From the NCBI GenBank assembly GCA_040954595.2, contig CM082587.2, positions 4,606,093-4,670,092 on the forward strand: DNA of 64,000 nt, written 5' to 3'. The notes beneath the pieces were generated by a model that had not been told where the DNA came from, did not search any database, and worked only from the letters and a program-made list of their open reading frames with translations. Shown here one piece after another: positions 48,081 to 61,500 of this stretch (the first letter of the stretch is position 1; every line of letters starts with the position of its first letter). The stretch comes from Balanoglossus misakiensis. Its lineage: Eukaryota > Animalia > Hemichordata. Made by a program: the position numbers and the translations under genes.

Positions 48081-49887
48081 ACACATAGACACGGGTACCT
48101 CAAGCCTTAGTTTGTGAACACGGGAGCTGATAAGGTCTCCTGTTAGTATCCTGCCTGGGCTTTATTTTTCTGTGTATACCAGCATTTCCAGCAACACTAT
48201 ACTACTATTAGCATTATTCATGTTATTAGCCGGTGATAAATTCATTGCCATATGGTCTGGTGTAAATCAGTTGTGCTTCTTTTTGGGGCACTGTCAGTTT
48301 ACCTAGCGTCGTTATCTGTTGCGTTGGCAACCCTGTGCTTTGTCACGTGCATCGCGTACATGAACGCCAGAAAGATATCGAGGAACGACTTAATATATAA
48401 AATCTGTACAGAATTCTCCGTTTTATATCGAGTGAATGTAACAGAGACCGTCCTTTAGACACACACTAGTTAAGTATTTTATAAGTGTGTAAATCTCGTG
48501 GATATCATCTGAATACGCTCTCTTTTTCTTCGTTTTTAGGATTAGGATATGGGCTGATTTTGACGCCCGCATTCGGAATTGTTGCACTGTTTATAGAGAA
48601 ACGGTTCTTGATGGCAAGTGCCCTTGTAGTTGCTGGCGGTGGAGTGGGTGTATTCATTTTCCCGCTGATATTGCAACCATGCATTGATACTTACGGATGG
48701 AAGGGCGCTGTGATTGTGTTCTCCGCCATAAACGCGCATACAGGTGTCGCTGCTGCTCTGTTCAAACCGAGGCGAACCACAGCTGAAGAAGGAAAAAATA
48801 AGGAAGAAGAAGTAAATGGAAATCACTCGCCAAGCATATTTAAAAAACTACTGCACATTTGTGATTGTACTATCTTGACCAGATTTCCAGCATTTTTGGC
48901 ATTTGCCGGTACGGCATTAACCGGGATAGGCGTCGGATTCTTCGGGGTCCCCACGCATATTGTGGCCCGCGCCGTTGACCAGCAGATCGGAACGCCCGAA
49001 GAGATTGCGCTCGTCGTTTCGTTTCTTGGAATCGGTAGCCTCGTCGGCAGAATGACTCCCGTTGTCTTGTCGTGTTGTAAATTCAAGCGGCTGACTTTCT
49101 CCCTTTGGTACGGACTTGCCTTTCTGCTGGCCGGGATCGCCTGTTTTCTGAGTACTAGTCCGTTCGCAAATACCTACGCAGTGTACGTGGTCTTTACTGT
49201 GTTTATTGGGTTCATGGTGGGATTTTGGTTCGCGATACTCGGGACAGTCCTGAAAAACATTGTTTCCACTCAGTTTTACGTCGCGGGATATGGACTCTCC
49301 ACAGTGTGTATGGCCCTTGGAGGATTAGTTGGACCAGTTTGTGCAGGTAGTCGCTCGACTTGTTCATCTCCACTATTTTTGTCAGTCCATGTCGTCATCA
49401 CCTGTTGTAGACGTGTTTCCAGTTTCTACGATTTATGAAATAGAAATTTCCTAAAATACAAAACGTAACTCACTAGTATTGTTTGTGTTAAATAATAAAA
49501 ACTCTCCGATATAAAATACCGATCAGAGTCAACATAGAACCATCGCTTGTAAATCCCTCAGTGGTTTGTCTTCATTTCAATAGAATCACGATTTCACATT
49601 TATTCAAAAATTAATGTTTTTCAGGTTACATATACGACGTCACCGGAGATTACAACAACTCCTTTTACTTCTACGGTACTTTCTTGTCGCTTGGCGGCCT
49701 CATAACCTTGGTTCCCGAGCTCTGCATTTGCATACGCCGTCAACTGTCTCAGAATGAAGACGATGAAAAAGATAGCATAGATGCCGTGCACAATGTTCAC
49801 TGCCGTATTAATGATGTCAAAGAAGCAGCAACACAGACGGGCGGAGACGTCAACTTCGATTTAATTTTGGAAACTGGGACCGCATAG
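47203..49887 (+). CDS. SLC16/monocarboxylate-transporter family MFS protein, copy 1. Exons 47203-47428, 47827-47970, 48540-49346, 49625-49887
   Basis: DGGCHGWLVVLGSF (MCT DGGWGW-like motif), ATSARTSWILS, YLSLGILVGLGYG, YGWKGA, GGLVGPVCAGYIYDVTGDYNNSF. Confidence 0.9.
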
Positions 49888-50692
49888 CAAAACACGAATT
49901 ACCCCTCTGTAAAGACACCAAACGCATTGAACACATTTTATAATCATGTATTCCATTGCTATTATTTATTTATATAATACGAACCATTGGCCTAATGACA
50001 AACAGGACCAAAATTTCGTACTGGAGGAAGTGTCAAATTTTGTGATTTTACTGCTCTTTATATCGACAATACAATCGTGACTTAACACCAAGAATAAATG
50101 TATGTCATGTATGAGATGGTGCGTTATTCCCGCAGTGGACGTTATAAGTGGGGATATTGATTTCTTCAAAAGTGTGCGTTTCATCATGATATTAGTGTGT
50201 TTAGGGGACATGAGCCAATCTTCCGCATCCAACGAGGTAATTGAATGTAGGAATTGTGTTTATTTTTCGACTAGAATGAGTGGTTGAAAATACAAGCCGT
50301 GCGTATTTTTGGACCGTCGTTTCAAACCTCTTGGTTTTTGCCCTCAGCGACTGTGATTTTAGTGGTGAATCTATTTTCGTCTACGCGCATTTCGTTTTGC
50401 TGACTTATAAGTGGTAAAAACCTTAGAAGACAAGGAAAATGCTATATTTCTCTCACGTTTCTGTCATACAACCTGAAGTGGTGGGCAGGTAACCACGTAT
50501 ACGTAAGAAATACTGCGATTTCGCTTGTTTTCTAACATTTTTGCATGCATGACTCGGCAAAAAAAGGTAATTGGCGTAGACGAAAATACATGTAGATGAG
50601 CAGGTGTTCATTCATGCAGATGATCAACGTCATCAATTGTGCCCCAACCTTTGAAGCAACAGTACAAGTACTGTATCCATGCTTGAAGTAGG

Positions 50693-53600
50693 ATGGACTG
50701 CCGTGTACAGGAGCGAAAAAGGGTGGCCGTCGTCGGCGCCGGAGTCAGCGGTCTGGCGGCAATCAAAAACTGCCTCGAGGAAGGCTTAGAACCTGTGTGT
50801 TTTGAGAGACACGACCAGATAGGTATGTGACACTGAGCACGACTCGCCTGCTCATTTTTTTTTTGGGTGGGTGGGTGGGGTGGAATTCGGAAGTACACAT
50901 AGAATACATTCACATTGACCCAATCTAACCCACTCGACGCCGTCAATACTCCGAAGGTTATTCGTTCCGTAACTCACATTCCTTATTACAAAATGACTTT
51001 TTTATGGTTGAGGGCCAAAATCAGTCGTGATTTTAGTTGCCTTGCGGATGTATGTACACTGCACTTTTTGAGGTCACCGTAGTCCGACATAACAATACAA
51101 TACGTATTCATTTCAGGCGGCCTTTGGTATTACTCGGATGGTCTGAGAGAAGGTCAACATGGTGCGATATACCGTTCAGTGACCGTGAACTCCCCAAAGG
51201 CACTGATGGCGTACTCCGATTTCCCCCAGCCTAGGGAGTTTCCGGTTTTCCCGTGCCGAGAGCAAGTCTACGAATACCTGAGCAGGTATGCCGACCACTT
51301 TGAACTTGTGCAGCACATCCGCTTCAACACCGACGTCGTCAGAATAGACAGGTCACACGACTACGCGTCCTCTGGGAAATGGGACGTCCACTTTCAAGGC
51401 GCTGAAGACGACCAAGTGAAAGTTGAAAACTTTGACGGGGTTTTAGTGTGCTCGGGGGGAATCGGAGATGTCTACATTCCCCAAATCCCGGGACGAGAAG
51501 AATTTCATGGCGTCCTGCTTCATTCTAATCGATACCGAGAACCAGCGCCTTTCAGAGGCAAGCGGGTTATTGTTGTAGGTAAGGACGTCGTTTCATCGTT
51601 CTGTAGGCCCACGAATTCCCTTTTTTCTCGGATTCGTGTTTGGAAAATGGAAAATGTGTATTTCAAGAAATTTAAGAATTCCGGTAGTAGCTTCATTTGG
51701 ATGTTAATATCGGTTATAACAGGATCGGCACACCATCAGAAATGACGGAAGTAGCCCATTGAAAAGTATAATTATTAGAAAATGGCAAAGGGTGAAGACA
51801 CTGCGATTTAGTATTATTGATCACTCTAGTTAGCACCAAGTTGTCTAGATAAAGGTACTCAATTAGGAAACGGAAGGTAGTTTTGAAAAAGAGCGTTTTC
51901 AATATGGCGAGAAAAATTGAAACGAGTCATCTTTTATACACCAGGCGCAAGTCACACCGCCGGGGCCATTGCTTGTGAACTTGGACGTAATTATTGTGAC
52001 AAGGTGAGATGTTTCCGTATCATCCGTTATATGATTGATTGTTTAAATGGTGTTTGACTACATGTACATGGATGGAAGGACTTTTGATGTTGGTTTTTTT
52101 CCAAATCCAATTTGATTCATTATAGGTATACCTGAGCATGCGCAATGGTACCAAGGTAAAACCCAGGCTGGCTACATGTGGTTGGCCGAGTGCGATGATT
52201 TTTACCAACCGGGCGTTTCTCACGTTTCTTTCTCACTGGAGCAACTGGCTGCTTCACAGGCAACTGAGGGGACATATCGAGGATTACGAACGTTTTGGAC
52301 TAGAGGTAACAAACTGTGTCACGTCATAAATTGTACTGCGAGAAAAAAAAAATAGGAAGGAAATTAATGATAATGTTTCAAACGAAAAACTTTCTCAGTG
52401 TTATAGTATGCTTTTCTGTCTTTTTTATCCAACAGTCAAAGTTTCCAAACAGACCAATATCTTACATGATCAATGATGACATCCGTGATAGCATTGCTGC
52501 CGGCGAAGTGACAATAATACCAGAAATCGTCGAACTGGGGAAAACGGATGCAATTTTATCAGATGGTACTTCTCTCACGGACATCGATGTGATTATCTTT
52601 GCCACGGGTTATCTCGCCAAATATAGAATGTTAGAAGATTCGTGGGTATTTGGTGAGTTGATATCTCAAAGTAATAACCTCAGGCAGGTATTGACATGAC
52701 AGGAGTTTTGGCAAAATTCAAGGTATATTGTATTGCCCTGTAGGAGAGTACCATATGTGAACGAGGTATACCCGGCATCTGTTGGGTCATTGATATTATT
52801 TTAACGTTAACACATGCTTTTGGGCGGTGTTATCATGTTTAGCTAATGTCTGATGTGTGCATCATATAGGGAAGATGGAGACTCGTGACAGTGCCAAGAA
52901 GACTGTACAAATGAGAAAATGTCCCGGATAGAAATACCACGACATTTCTACTCGTTTGCAATCTCTCCACGTTCGTTTCCCGCGATGGTTTCTCTAATAA
53001 CTGTGGCAAATTTGCGGCACAGAATATATGGCTCATTTCACCAAACCAATTTCACCAAAACCAACTTTCACCAATCTCTCGTAGATGATGTAGGACGCGG
53101 GAAACTCTACAAGTACATGGTACCCGTGGATTTGGAGCACCCGACGCTGTTCATCATCGGCGCTCCCAGATTCCTGCCTTCCCTTTTCCCATCGGTCGAC
53201 ATGCAGAGTCGTTGGGCGGCGCGCGTTCTCAAGAAACAAGTAAAGTTACCTGGTAAAACAGAAATGGTGCGGGACATCCGCCGTAGACAACCTCTTACAG
53301 AGTACTCTCGTGAGGTAAGAAGAAAATAAAATGTTTGTCTTCTTAATATACAGCGCGCAAATCTATGCTGTAGTTCTTTGCTTTCAGTACAGTCCCGTGT
53401 TAAAAATTCTATGCATGGATCCCGCCATAGACCGTCTATGATCCCACATTGTTACACGTCAAACGTTTGCAATTGTGTGTTTAGGCACACATGTACATTG
53501 TATATTGAAGCATACCATAGCGATATTATCTCTTAATGTCCTAGACACATTGTACACTCTACATGGACGATCTCGCGAGAGACATCGGGGTTCTTCCAAG

Positions 53601-53880
53601 CTTTTGGAAGCTGCTTCTCACCGACCCGAGACTTGCCTATGCGTTCTACTTTTGGCCGGTAGTTGGCCAGTGGTATCGTCTCCAAGGTCCGTCTCCGTGG
53701 GGTGGCGCCAGGAAGGCCATTCTCGACGTGTGGGAAGACACGGCTTATGCCTTTAATCCCAGGTATAAAAGGAAGACTTGGAGAGAGACGATTTCGGGGA
53801 AAGGCTATGGAACGTGCGCCATCGTCGCGTGCGGGCTGGCTGTGGTTGGCATACTCTACATGCGGTCGTACTGCCCATAG
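50693..53880 (+). CDS. Flavin-containing monooxygenase (FMO). Exons 50693-50822, 51117-51578, 51945-52003, 52126-52305, 52436-52652, 53085-53314, 53545-53880
   Basis: [37 protein letters not shown] signature [37 protein letters not shown]-terminal TM anchor. Confidence 0.92.
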
Positions 53881-54265
53881 AACGGAAAGACAATCATCAC
53901 ACTACATATATTATATTAAATTGAGGGTCATTTTAAAAATAAATAGTTAATGCAGGGACTGGCGGTCATTTTGAATTTCAAATGTTTCTTTCGAAAATTT
54001 GCACGGAACCCTTTCTTTTTTTATTATCAATTTTTAAAATAGACGATCGGGGGTGGGTGCGAACTATTCCCTCTACATGACCTACGTCATCACAGAAAAC
54101 AATGGATGTGGACCAAACCATGATGGTGGAAGGGTCAAGAGAACGCATGCCTCCCAGGTGTACGACCCCACCGGAGAGTGAAAGGTCCCTGCCATTCTTT
54201 TCTGTCCCAGGTGACGCAAGGTAACCATCTGTACGAGAAAAAACATCTGTGTCGGTTATTGGGGA

Positions 54266-56947
54266 ATGGGGAACAACAGACAAGGTATGCAGGCACAGAA
54301 AGATGGCGGGTGCCACGGTTGGCTCGTTGTACTCGGCTCTTTCATTTGTAGTATGTTCGTCTTTGGATTCTATCCGGCGGCTGGACCACTGCTTGTTGCG
54401 ATCCAGAAGTCCTTCGAGGCGACTTCAGCCCGCACATCGTGGATACTCTCGCTGCTTGTGTTTCTCGAATTCGGTTTAGGTAGGTTTTTATTACAGTCTA
54501 CACTACTATACGGATGGGGTTTCAGGTAGACTTTTGAGAACACAGTTTGCAGCAGTCTTCTCACTTACCGGGAGAACAATGAGCGAGGGCTCCAGGCACA
54601 ATTGCCTCGAATATATGTCACAACCCCATAACTATCATCAGTATGCTTGGAGAAGGCTCACTGTAACATAATAGCCTCAAGGTCTACCAAGCACGTTTAA
54701 AAGCTCACCATACTTAAAGCTTGCCTTGCACTAAAGAAGATGTTCCTTAATTAGCCAGGCACCAAACGCATATTAGAAAGTACATCAACCTCATTTCTGA
54801 TGGTGCCTTCTCACCTTCCTGCAAAAGTATTGGGAATCATCATACTTAATCCTTGTAAACACTAGCAGACTTGTTACAAAGTACACACCACACCATACCA
54901 CATGTACGCCCAAGAACCACATACCAGCACACCATGCCATGTTCCAGTTGGAGCATTATTAATAGCTCATATCGTTACCACCAGCAGCCAATTGGAAAGG
55001 AAGCTACTCAGCCCGTTTTCTGTTTTATTTACAGGTCCCTTAGTAAACGTGTGCGTGAAGAAGATTGGATTTCGAATGACGGTCATAATTGGATCCATTT
55101 TGTCCACTTCTGGATTCTTTGTGAGTGCATTCGCACCGAACATTGAGTTTTTGTACTTTAGTCTGGGGATTTCAGTCGGTGAGTATGACGTTTACATTTA
55201 TTGATGAAATTATTCGCATTAACTATCATGAAATGCGAGTTATATATAAATTGATTAATGCGTCGTTTTGTAAACCCACTGATATCGGACTTGTTCTTTA
55301 CTTTATATTTTAGGATTGGGGTATGGAATGATTCTGACGCCCGCATTCGGAATTGTTGCACTGTTTATAGAGAAACGATTCTTGATGGCGAGTGCCCTTG
55401 TAGTTGCTGGCGGTGGAGTGGGTGTATTCATTTTCCCGCTGATATTGCAACCATGCATTGATACTTACGGATGGAAGGGCGCTGTGATTGTGTTCTCCGC
55501 CATAAACGCGCATACAGGTGTCGCTGCTGCTCTGTTCAAACCGAGGCGAACCACAGCTGAAGAAGGGAGAAATCAAGACCGCCACGATGCGCACAACACT
55601 GAAGAAGAACAAAATGAAAACCACTCGCCAAACAAATTTAGAAAAATACTGCGCATTTGTGACTGTACTATCTTAACCAGATTTCCAGCTTTTTTAGCAT
55701 TTGCCGGTACGGCGTTAACCGGGATAGGCGTCGGATTCTTCGGGGTCCCCACGCATATTGTGTCCCGCGCTGTTGACCAACAGATCGGAACGCCCGAAGA
55801 GATTGCGCTCGTCGTTTCGTTTCTTGGAATCGGTAGCCTCGTCGGCAGAATGACTCCCGTGGTCTTGTCGTGTTGTAAATTCAAGCGGCTGACTTTCTCC
55901 CTTTGGTACGGACTTGCCTTTCTGCTGGCCGGGATCGCATCTCTTCTGAGCCCGTTAGCAAATACCTATGTATTATACGCTGTGTATACGGTCTTTATGG
56001 GGATGATGATGGGATTTTGGTTCGCGATACTCGGGACAGTCCTGAAAAACATTGTTTCCACTCAGTTTTACGTCGCGGGATATGGACTCTCTACAATGTG
56101 TATGGCCCTTGGAGGATTAGTGGGACCAGTTTGTGCAGGTAAAATTCTGAAGTCACTCTTGTTCATTTATTTATTTATTCGCAAGTGGAGTATCTTCACT
56201 GCTGCTGTTTAATATGGTATTCAGTCCAAGCATGGAAATATTAAAGGGAACCTGATGATGTTGAGCAACGCAAAGTGGTCGCTGCTCGTTTATGGTAGAG
56301 CGTAGGCTGGTCTTTTGAACTACATGTACCTGTATAGAGGACATGCACAGTCACATATCCAGCCATTCTCCGTACAGACCCCCTAGCTAGGTTAGAATTA
56401 TCCACGCGCTTACAATCTCTGTACGTAGGATGAAATCCAACAACAGATCAGTTGCATTTGTCGTCATGCTAGCTGTGGAAACGCAGCTGTACCGTGGGGG
56501 TGGGGATATGCTGATTGTCCGTGAGGGAGTCAGCACATCCCCCACGGTACAGCTACGTTCCCACAGCTATCGTCGTTAATTATCCCCGGTTACTAAATGA
56601 TGACCATGCATACTTTTATCGCCTGTATATTCCTCAGACTTAAATTACTCCTCTTAGGTTTTTAACCCAAATAGTTCACCATTGCCTTTTATTCGAAATT
56701 TGTTGCAGGCTACATATATGACGTCACCGGAGATTACAACAACTCCTTTTACTTTTACGGTACTTTCTTATCGCTTGGCGGCCTCATCACCTTGGTACCC
56801 GAGCTCTGTACTTGTAGTCGTCGTCGACTGTCTGAACAGAATAAACAAGATAGCATTATGTCCATGGACGAAATCCAAAGCCGCGACGATGTCAGAGAAG
56901 TTGGTACACAGACGGACGAAGAGGCCAACTTGGATAATATTCTGTGA
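54266..56947 (+). CDS. SLC16/monocarboxylate-transporter family MFS protein, copy 2. Exons 54266-54479, 55035-55178, 55314-56138, 56709-56947
   Basis: Paralogue of 47203-49887 with the same intron positions; start codon uncertain. Confidence 0.9.
56470..56569. mobile_element. 100-bp imperfect hairpin (MITE-like, TA at both ends) in MCT copy 2 intron 3
   Basis: tagctgtggaaacgcagctgtaccgtggggg...gatatgctga pairs with tcagcacatcccccacggtacagctacgttcccacagcta. Confidence 0.65.
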
Positions 56948-57440
56948 TTCACGTATTGAAGGACCTGCGGCATTTTGACATTAATATTGCCGTTACACCG
57001 AGAGTTTGATTTGGATCCAGGGTAAACGGAGTCTGTGATTTAATCATGCTGATTAAAATCTCTTGTGTTTTCCTGCGCTGGAATTTTGTTTTCGCTTTCT
57101 CAACATCAACAAGTCGATGTCAGAATCATAAGTTCATTTGAAGTTGATGATAGTCACCTGGGGTGTGTTCTTTTGGTCTTTATAGGCCTATTTTACTTTC
57201 TAAATTTCACTAAACTGATAGAAAGTCGTCGTTTATTTCATATTGCGAGAAATTGCTCGATGTTTTCTTTTGTGCTATCTAACTTGCGTTTGGATCTTAT
57301 TTTCTATGTTTTTTATTACCGTTATATTGTCAACCTGTTTTATCCTTGTTTCTTTTTCTTTTTTGCGTGACTTTATTCACTTATCGTGACTATTTTCAAA
57401 GTTGATGTTGTTTTAATAGATGTATATTTACATCCTGATT

Positions 57441-57501
57441 TAAACAAACAAACAAACAAACAAACAAACAAACAAATAAATAAATAAATAAATAAATAAA
57501 C

Positions 57502-57532
<31 letters not shown>

Positions 57533-57533
57533 A
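57441..57533. repeat. (AAAC)n(AAAT)n compound microsatellite
   Basis: Read directly. Confidence 0.9.
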
Positions 57534-58501
57534 AGAGTAAACATTATTCAATGTTGTTGATGAAGTAGCATGCCAAAAGCTACACGAATAATGGGATGTA
57601 AATGTACATAATGATTTCAGTAATGTTTTACTACCCTTACCGAGAATTCGGGGTCATTTAAGGTCAGCGTAGCCAGGGCAGCCATAGATCCAGTCGTGGA
57701 CGTGCTCTCTCTTCGCAGTTACGACAAGAACTAAAAAGGCAGGGATTGAGTGATATCTGACCCTTCTTGCTGGCGATAGCTTGAAGTATAAACTGTAAGT
57801 ATTAACATATTTCTTTTCTGCAGAATATTTAAGGCATTATACTATTACTAGCCCGGGGTTTTGTATATACACAAATATTAAATGTACTTCCTCATCCTGG
57901 TGCAGTTGTCATGAATATAAAGTTCAAATATCCTAAATTTAACGATATTTTCCCTATAGACAGAGTGTTGAACTTTCTCTCTCGTATTAGTGAGACAGTT
58001 AAAGCAACAACAATGCATGATAATCTATTGGAGTTAAATCGTTGAACATCTTAAAATGTGTAAATTCCTTGCATAGCCTATATAGTACCTAGCCTACTCT
58101 ATAATTACCCAGGATTCAATGCGAAATTTAATGTACATTGTACTTTGGACGCCTGTTGTACTCCAGTTCCTATGCAGACATAATTCCGACATTTTTAGTA
58201 CACCTGCGCAAATAGACATGCAACTGTGTTACATAAATACATTAAGCTTAAACCACCAACACCACCACACATCCAATATAGCACAGTTGAAAATGTTTAC
58301 TATAGTATAAATGTGAACATTTTTTTTTTTTTTTTGGGGGGGGGGTTGTTATAATAGCAACACTGTCTTGTTCATTAATTTTGTTGCATACATCGACACG
58401 TGTACAAGTAAAGGAAGTGGAGTACAAGAAATTGGGAGGAAGACACGATCGTCAAAGACCTACAAGCCCTATTAACCTCCATTATTTTTGAGAAGGGGAA
58501 T

Positions 58502-61500
58502 ATGGCCGGCAAAGGTAAGCAACATATGACTTGTGTGACTGGGACATAATAGTGTCTAGATTTACTGTTGATTGTTGTTATTTTAAGTCGACTGAGCTAT
58601 GAACTGAGTAATCGCATCACAAATGATTCTCTTAATACTCGCTTGCTTAACCTTCAATTTTGAGTAATTTCTCTCACTCGGTCGTCTTCGTAAAAAGAGT
58701 GAAAGAGGAAATTAAGTTTCAAATTTCAGCAGGGATTGGCCTCTTGTCTGTGCTTGTAACATACACAACAACAACAACTCACTCACTCACCCACTCACTC
58801 ACTCACTCACTCACTCACTCACTCACTCACTCACTCACTCACTCACTCACTCACTCACTCACTCACTCACTCACTCACTCACTCACTCACTCACTCACTC
58901 ACTCACTCACATATAATCACCCAAAAATCTAATCTTCGGTTAAACATATACATGTACCGGTATGTGGTCAACACAAAACTCTAGCAACACACAGATTGTA
59001 AATGTGCTGATTGATTTTCCCCATTTACAGGTGATATTCTTGATACGGCCATCAAGTTTGTTGCAAAGAAAGTGACAGTGCCCCAGTGTAAAGTGGTCTG
59101 CTTGGACATTGGTTTGAATAAAGTAGACTTTGACACCATAATCAACAACAACCCTAATGATGTAGGGACACAAAAGTATTTGATGCTGGATAAATGGAAG
59201 GACAAGTTTGGAAAAGAGGCAACATTACAGGCTCTTGAAAAGGCATTGGAAGAAAATGAGTGTGCAAAAATACCGGTAGACCTCAGGCAACATTTAATAC
59301 AAAAAGGATTTCAGAGTAAGTGATGTTAATCCTGAGGCACAGATTTTAGAATGCATGGGAAAAGTACTTGTGGCTTTATTTTGAACATTTCCTTGTGAAA
59401 TTTTGTTTGCTTACTTGACTGGCACCCTTGGTGTTACTAAAACACATAAAATCAATTGTACTTCCCTTCCTATGCTGATTGTCAATGGAAACTGTTCTTT
59501 TCTTTTTCACTGTTCAAGTTGCAAGTGGAGATTCCATTCAAACTCCTCACCGACAAGAAGATATCCAAGGTGGTGGTCAAACCTCTTATCAGAAAATGGT
59601 GACAAGTAGAGCCAGAGATGACGGCAGTGCGACAGGATCGAAAGCACGGGATGAAATGGATTCGCCGCAGTCGGCATCCGCAGGTGATAACCTCATCTTC
59701 ATCGCCTGGGTGGGGGTGGGGGATGGAGGGTGAGGGGCAACGTGGTAGTACCAAAGTGACAGCTTTAGACGAAGGAAGTGTTTATAGAATTAATATTGCT
59801 TTTTCGGATGTTATAAAATAAAGCTACATACATGCATGTTTTGATATCGCCGACGTTACTGACTATAAAGGTCAGTGCAAATAGCATGTGTATTTGTCGC
59901 ATTTGCGCGGACCAATGTTTTCTGCATCAAAGTATGAAAATTAATAAAACTTCGCATTTTTAATTGCTTGTAAAATTCTCCTTGGTACTTTGCCGGTCTT
60001 CATGGTTGTGTTCTGTTTTTTTTTAAACAGATATTGCAAGTCAAACGGCAGTTGTGGGAAATGTTCTACCGAAATCTAACCAAGAAAACAACATATCTCA
60101 AAGTTCAATGTCACAACCCCAAAACACACCGGCATCAGGTGACAACGATGCAAAACACCAACCAGATACCCAGCCTTTAGAACAAGAGGGACGTACCCCT
60201 GGCACTGCAACAACGCAACCTCTCGAAGACAGACCCACAGGGGAGCCATCTGTACCTAAGGCTACAGCTCTGCCTACCGACAGTACACCAACAGTCCCAG
60301 GTGTCATCAATGGTCAAACTGCACAGCCGCACTCTCCACAAACCGAAAGTTCTGCTGGTGAAAGTTTTGCCCACCCATTCCAAGAAACACCTGCAATGGC
60401 TACAGATCCTCTGAGGCAATTGAAAGATTTCAAACTAGGACACAGGCTTAAGGTTTTTACAAGGGAAAAGATTGATGCCATTGCCAATGAGTTTGTAGAA
60501 TGCATTCAGAAAGGGAGCTTCGGCGATGTGTATAAAGGTGGGTATAATAGGCCTAGTCTACACTAAAATGTTGCACGTACATTTCTACTGCAGTGTCCTG
60601 TGGGAAATGTATGAACAGAGACACTTTAGCCATGCAAACAAGCACTCGTCAGAGAGTGCATACATATTTCTGCAGGAGTTTTACACTCATATTGTTTAAC
60701 GAATTCATATCGGGGACAAAATAAAGGTCTGTTTTATTTTTGACAGGTAAGCATTAAAAACATGTGGTTGCAGAGGGCTTTAACTGATTTAGGACTATTA
60801 CAAAAACTCTAATCATTGCAACCTTTGTTGACAAGGTTTGTTTTGTTTGGCTTATTAATAGGTAAAATGGAGCTCGGCGGCAAGTTCAATAATAAAGTTT
60901 TTGAGGTTGCCATAAAACATGTAAAACTGAACATTTTGCCTGATCAGGTTGTAGCAGACTTTAAAAGAGTGAGTATACAACATCATCGTAATGATCACAA
61001 TCTTGAGAATAAGAATTAAGTGAATCTTTGTTGGTATTGAATACATGTGAAGTCAATTGTTATGGGTTTCCCCCCAAATATACAACAAAAATATATCAAC
61101 ATTTCTTGTGTATAAAATACACATGAACATGTAGTGTTTTGTATAATCAAAATTGGTTTGCTTTTAATATGGACTAGCTTCTATTCCAGTTGATCACAGC
61201 CACATTACAGATAATGAATATTGTTAAGATTTAGTCGGTAACTTTACTGTCACATAAAGTGAGAGGATTACAGGCCTTAGGGCAAAGTCCAATCGCAGGA
61301 ATAGATTGTTTGTCTATGTACGGTTCTGAATTGTACATTGCATTGAATTTCATATTACTTACAGTTATCTTCTCTCTTCATTTTTGTGTTGAACAGCGAA
61401 GTGTTGCCAATGTTCGTCATCCCTACATTGTCCCTATTATTGGCACCTTTGACGAGCCAAGGTAAATTAGCTCCCATTATGTATAATTCCACTGACAGCT

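Noticed and set aside
58660-58932. ORF with (HSLT)n repeats
   Set aside because: Translation of the (CACT)n microsatellite
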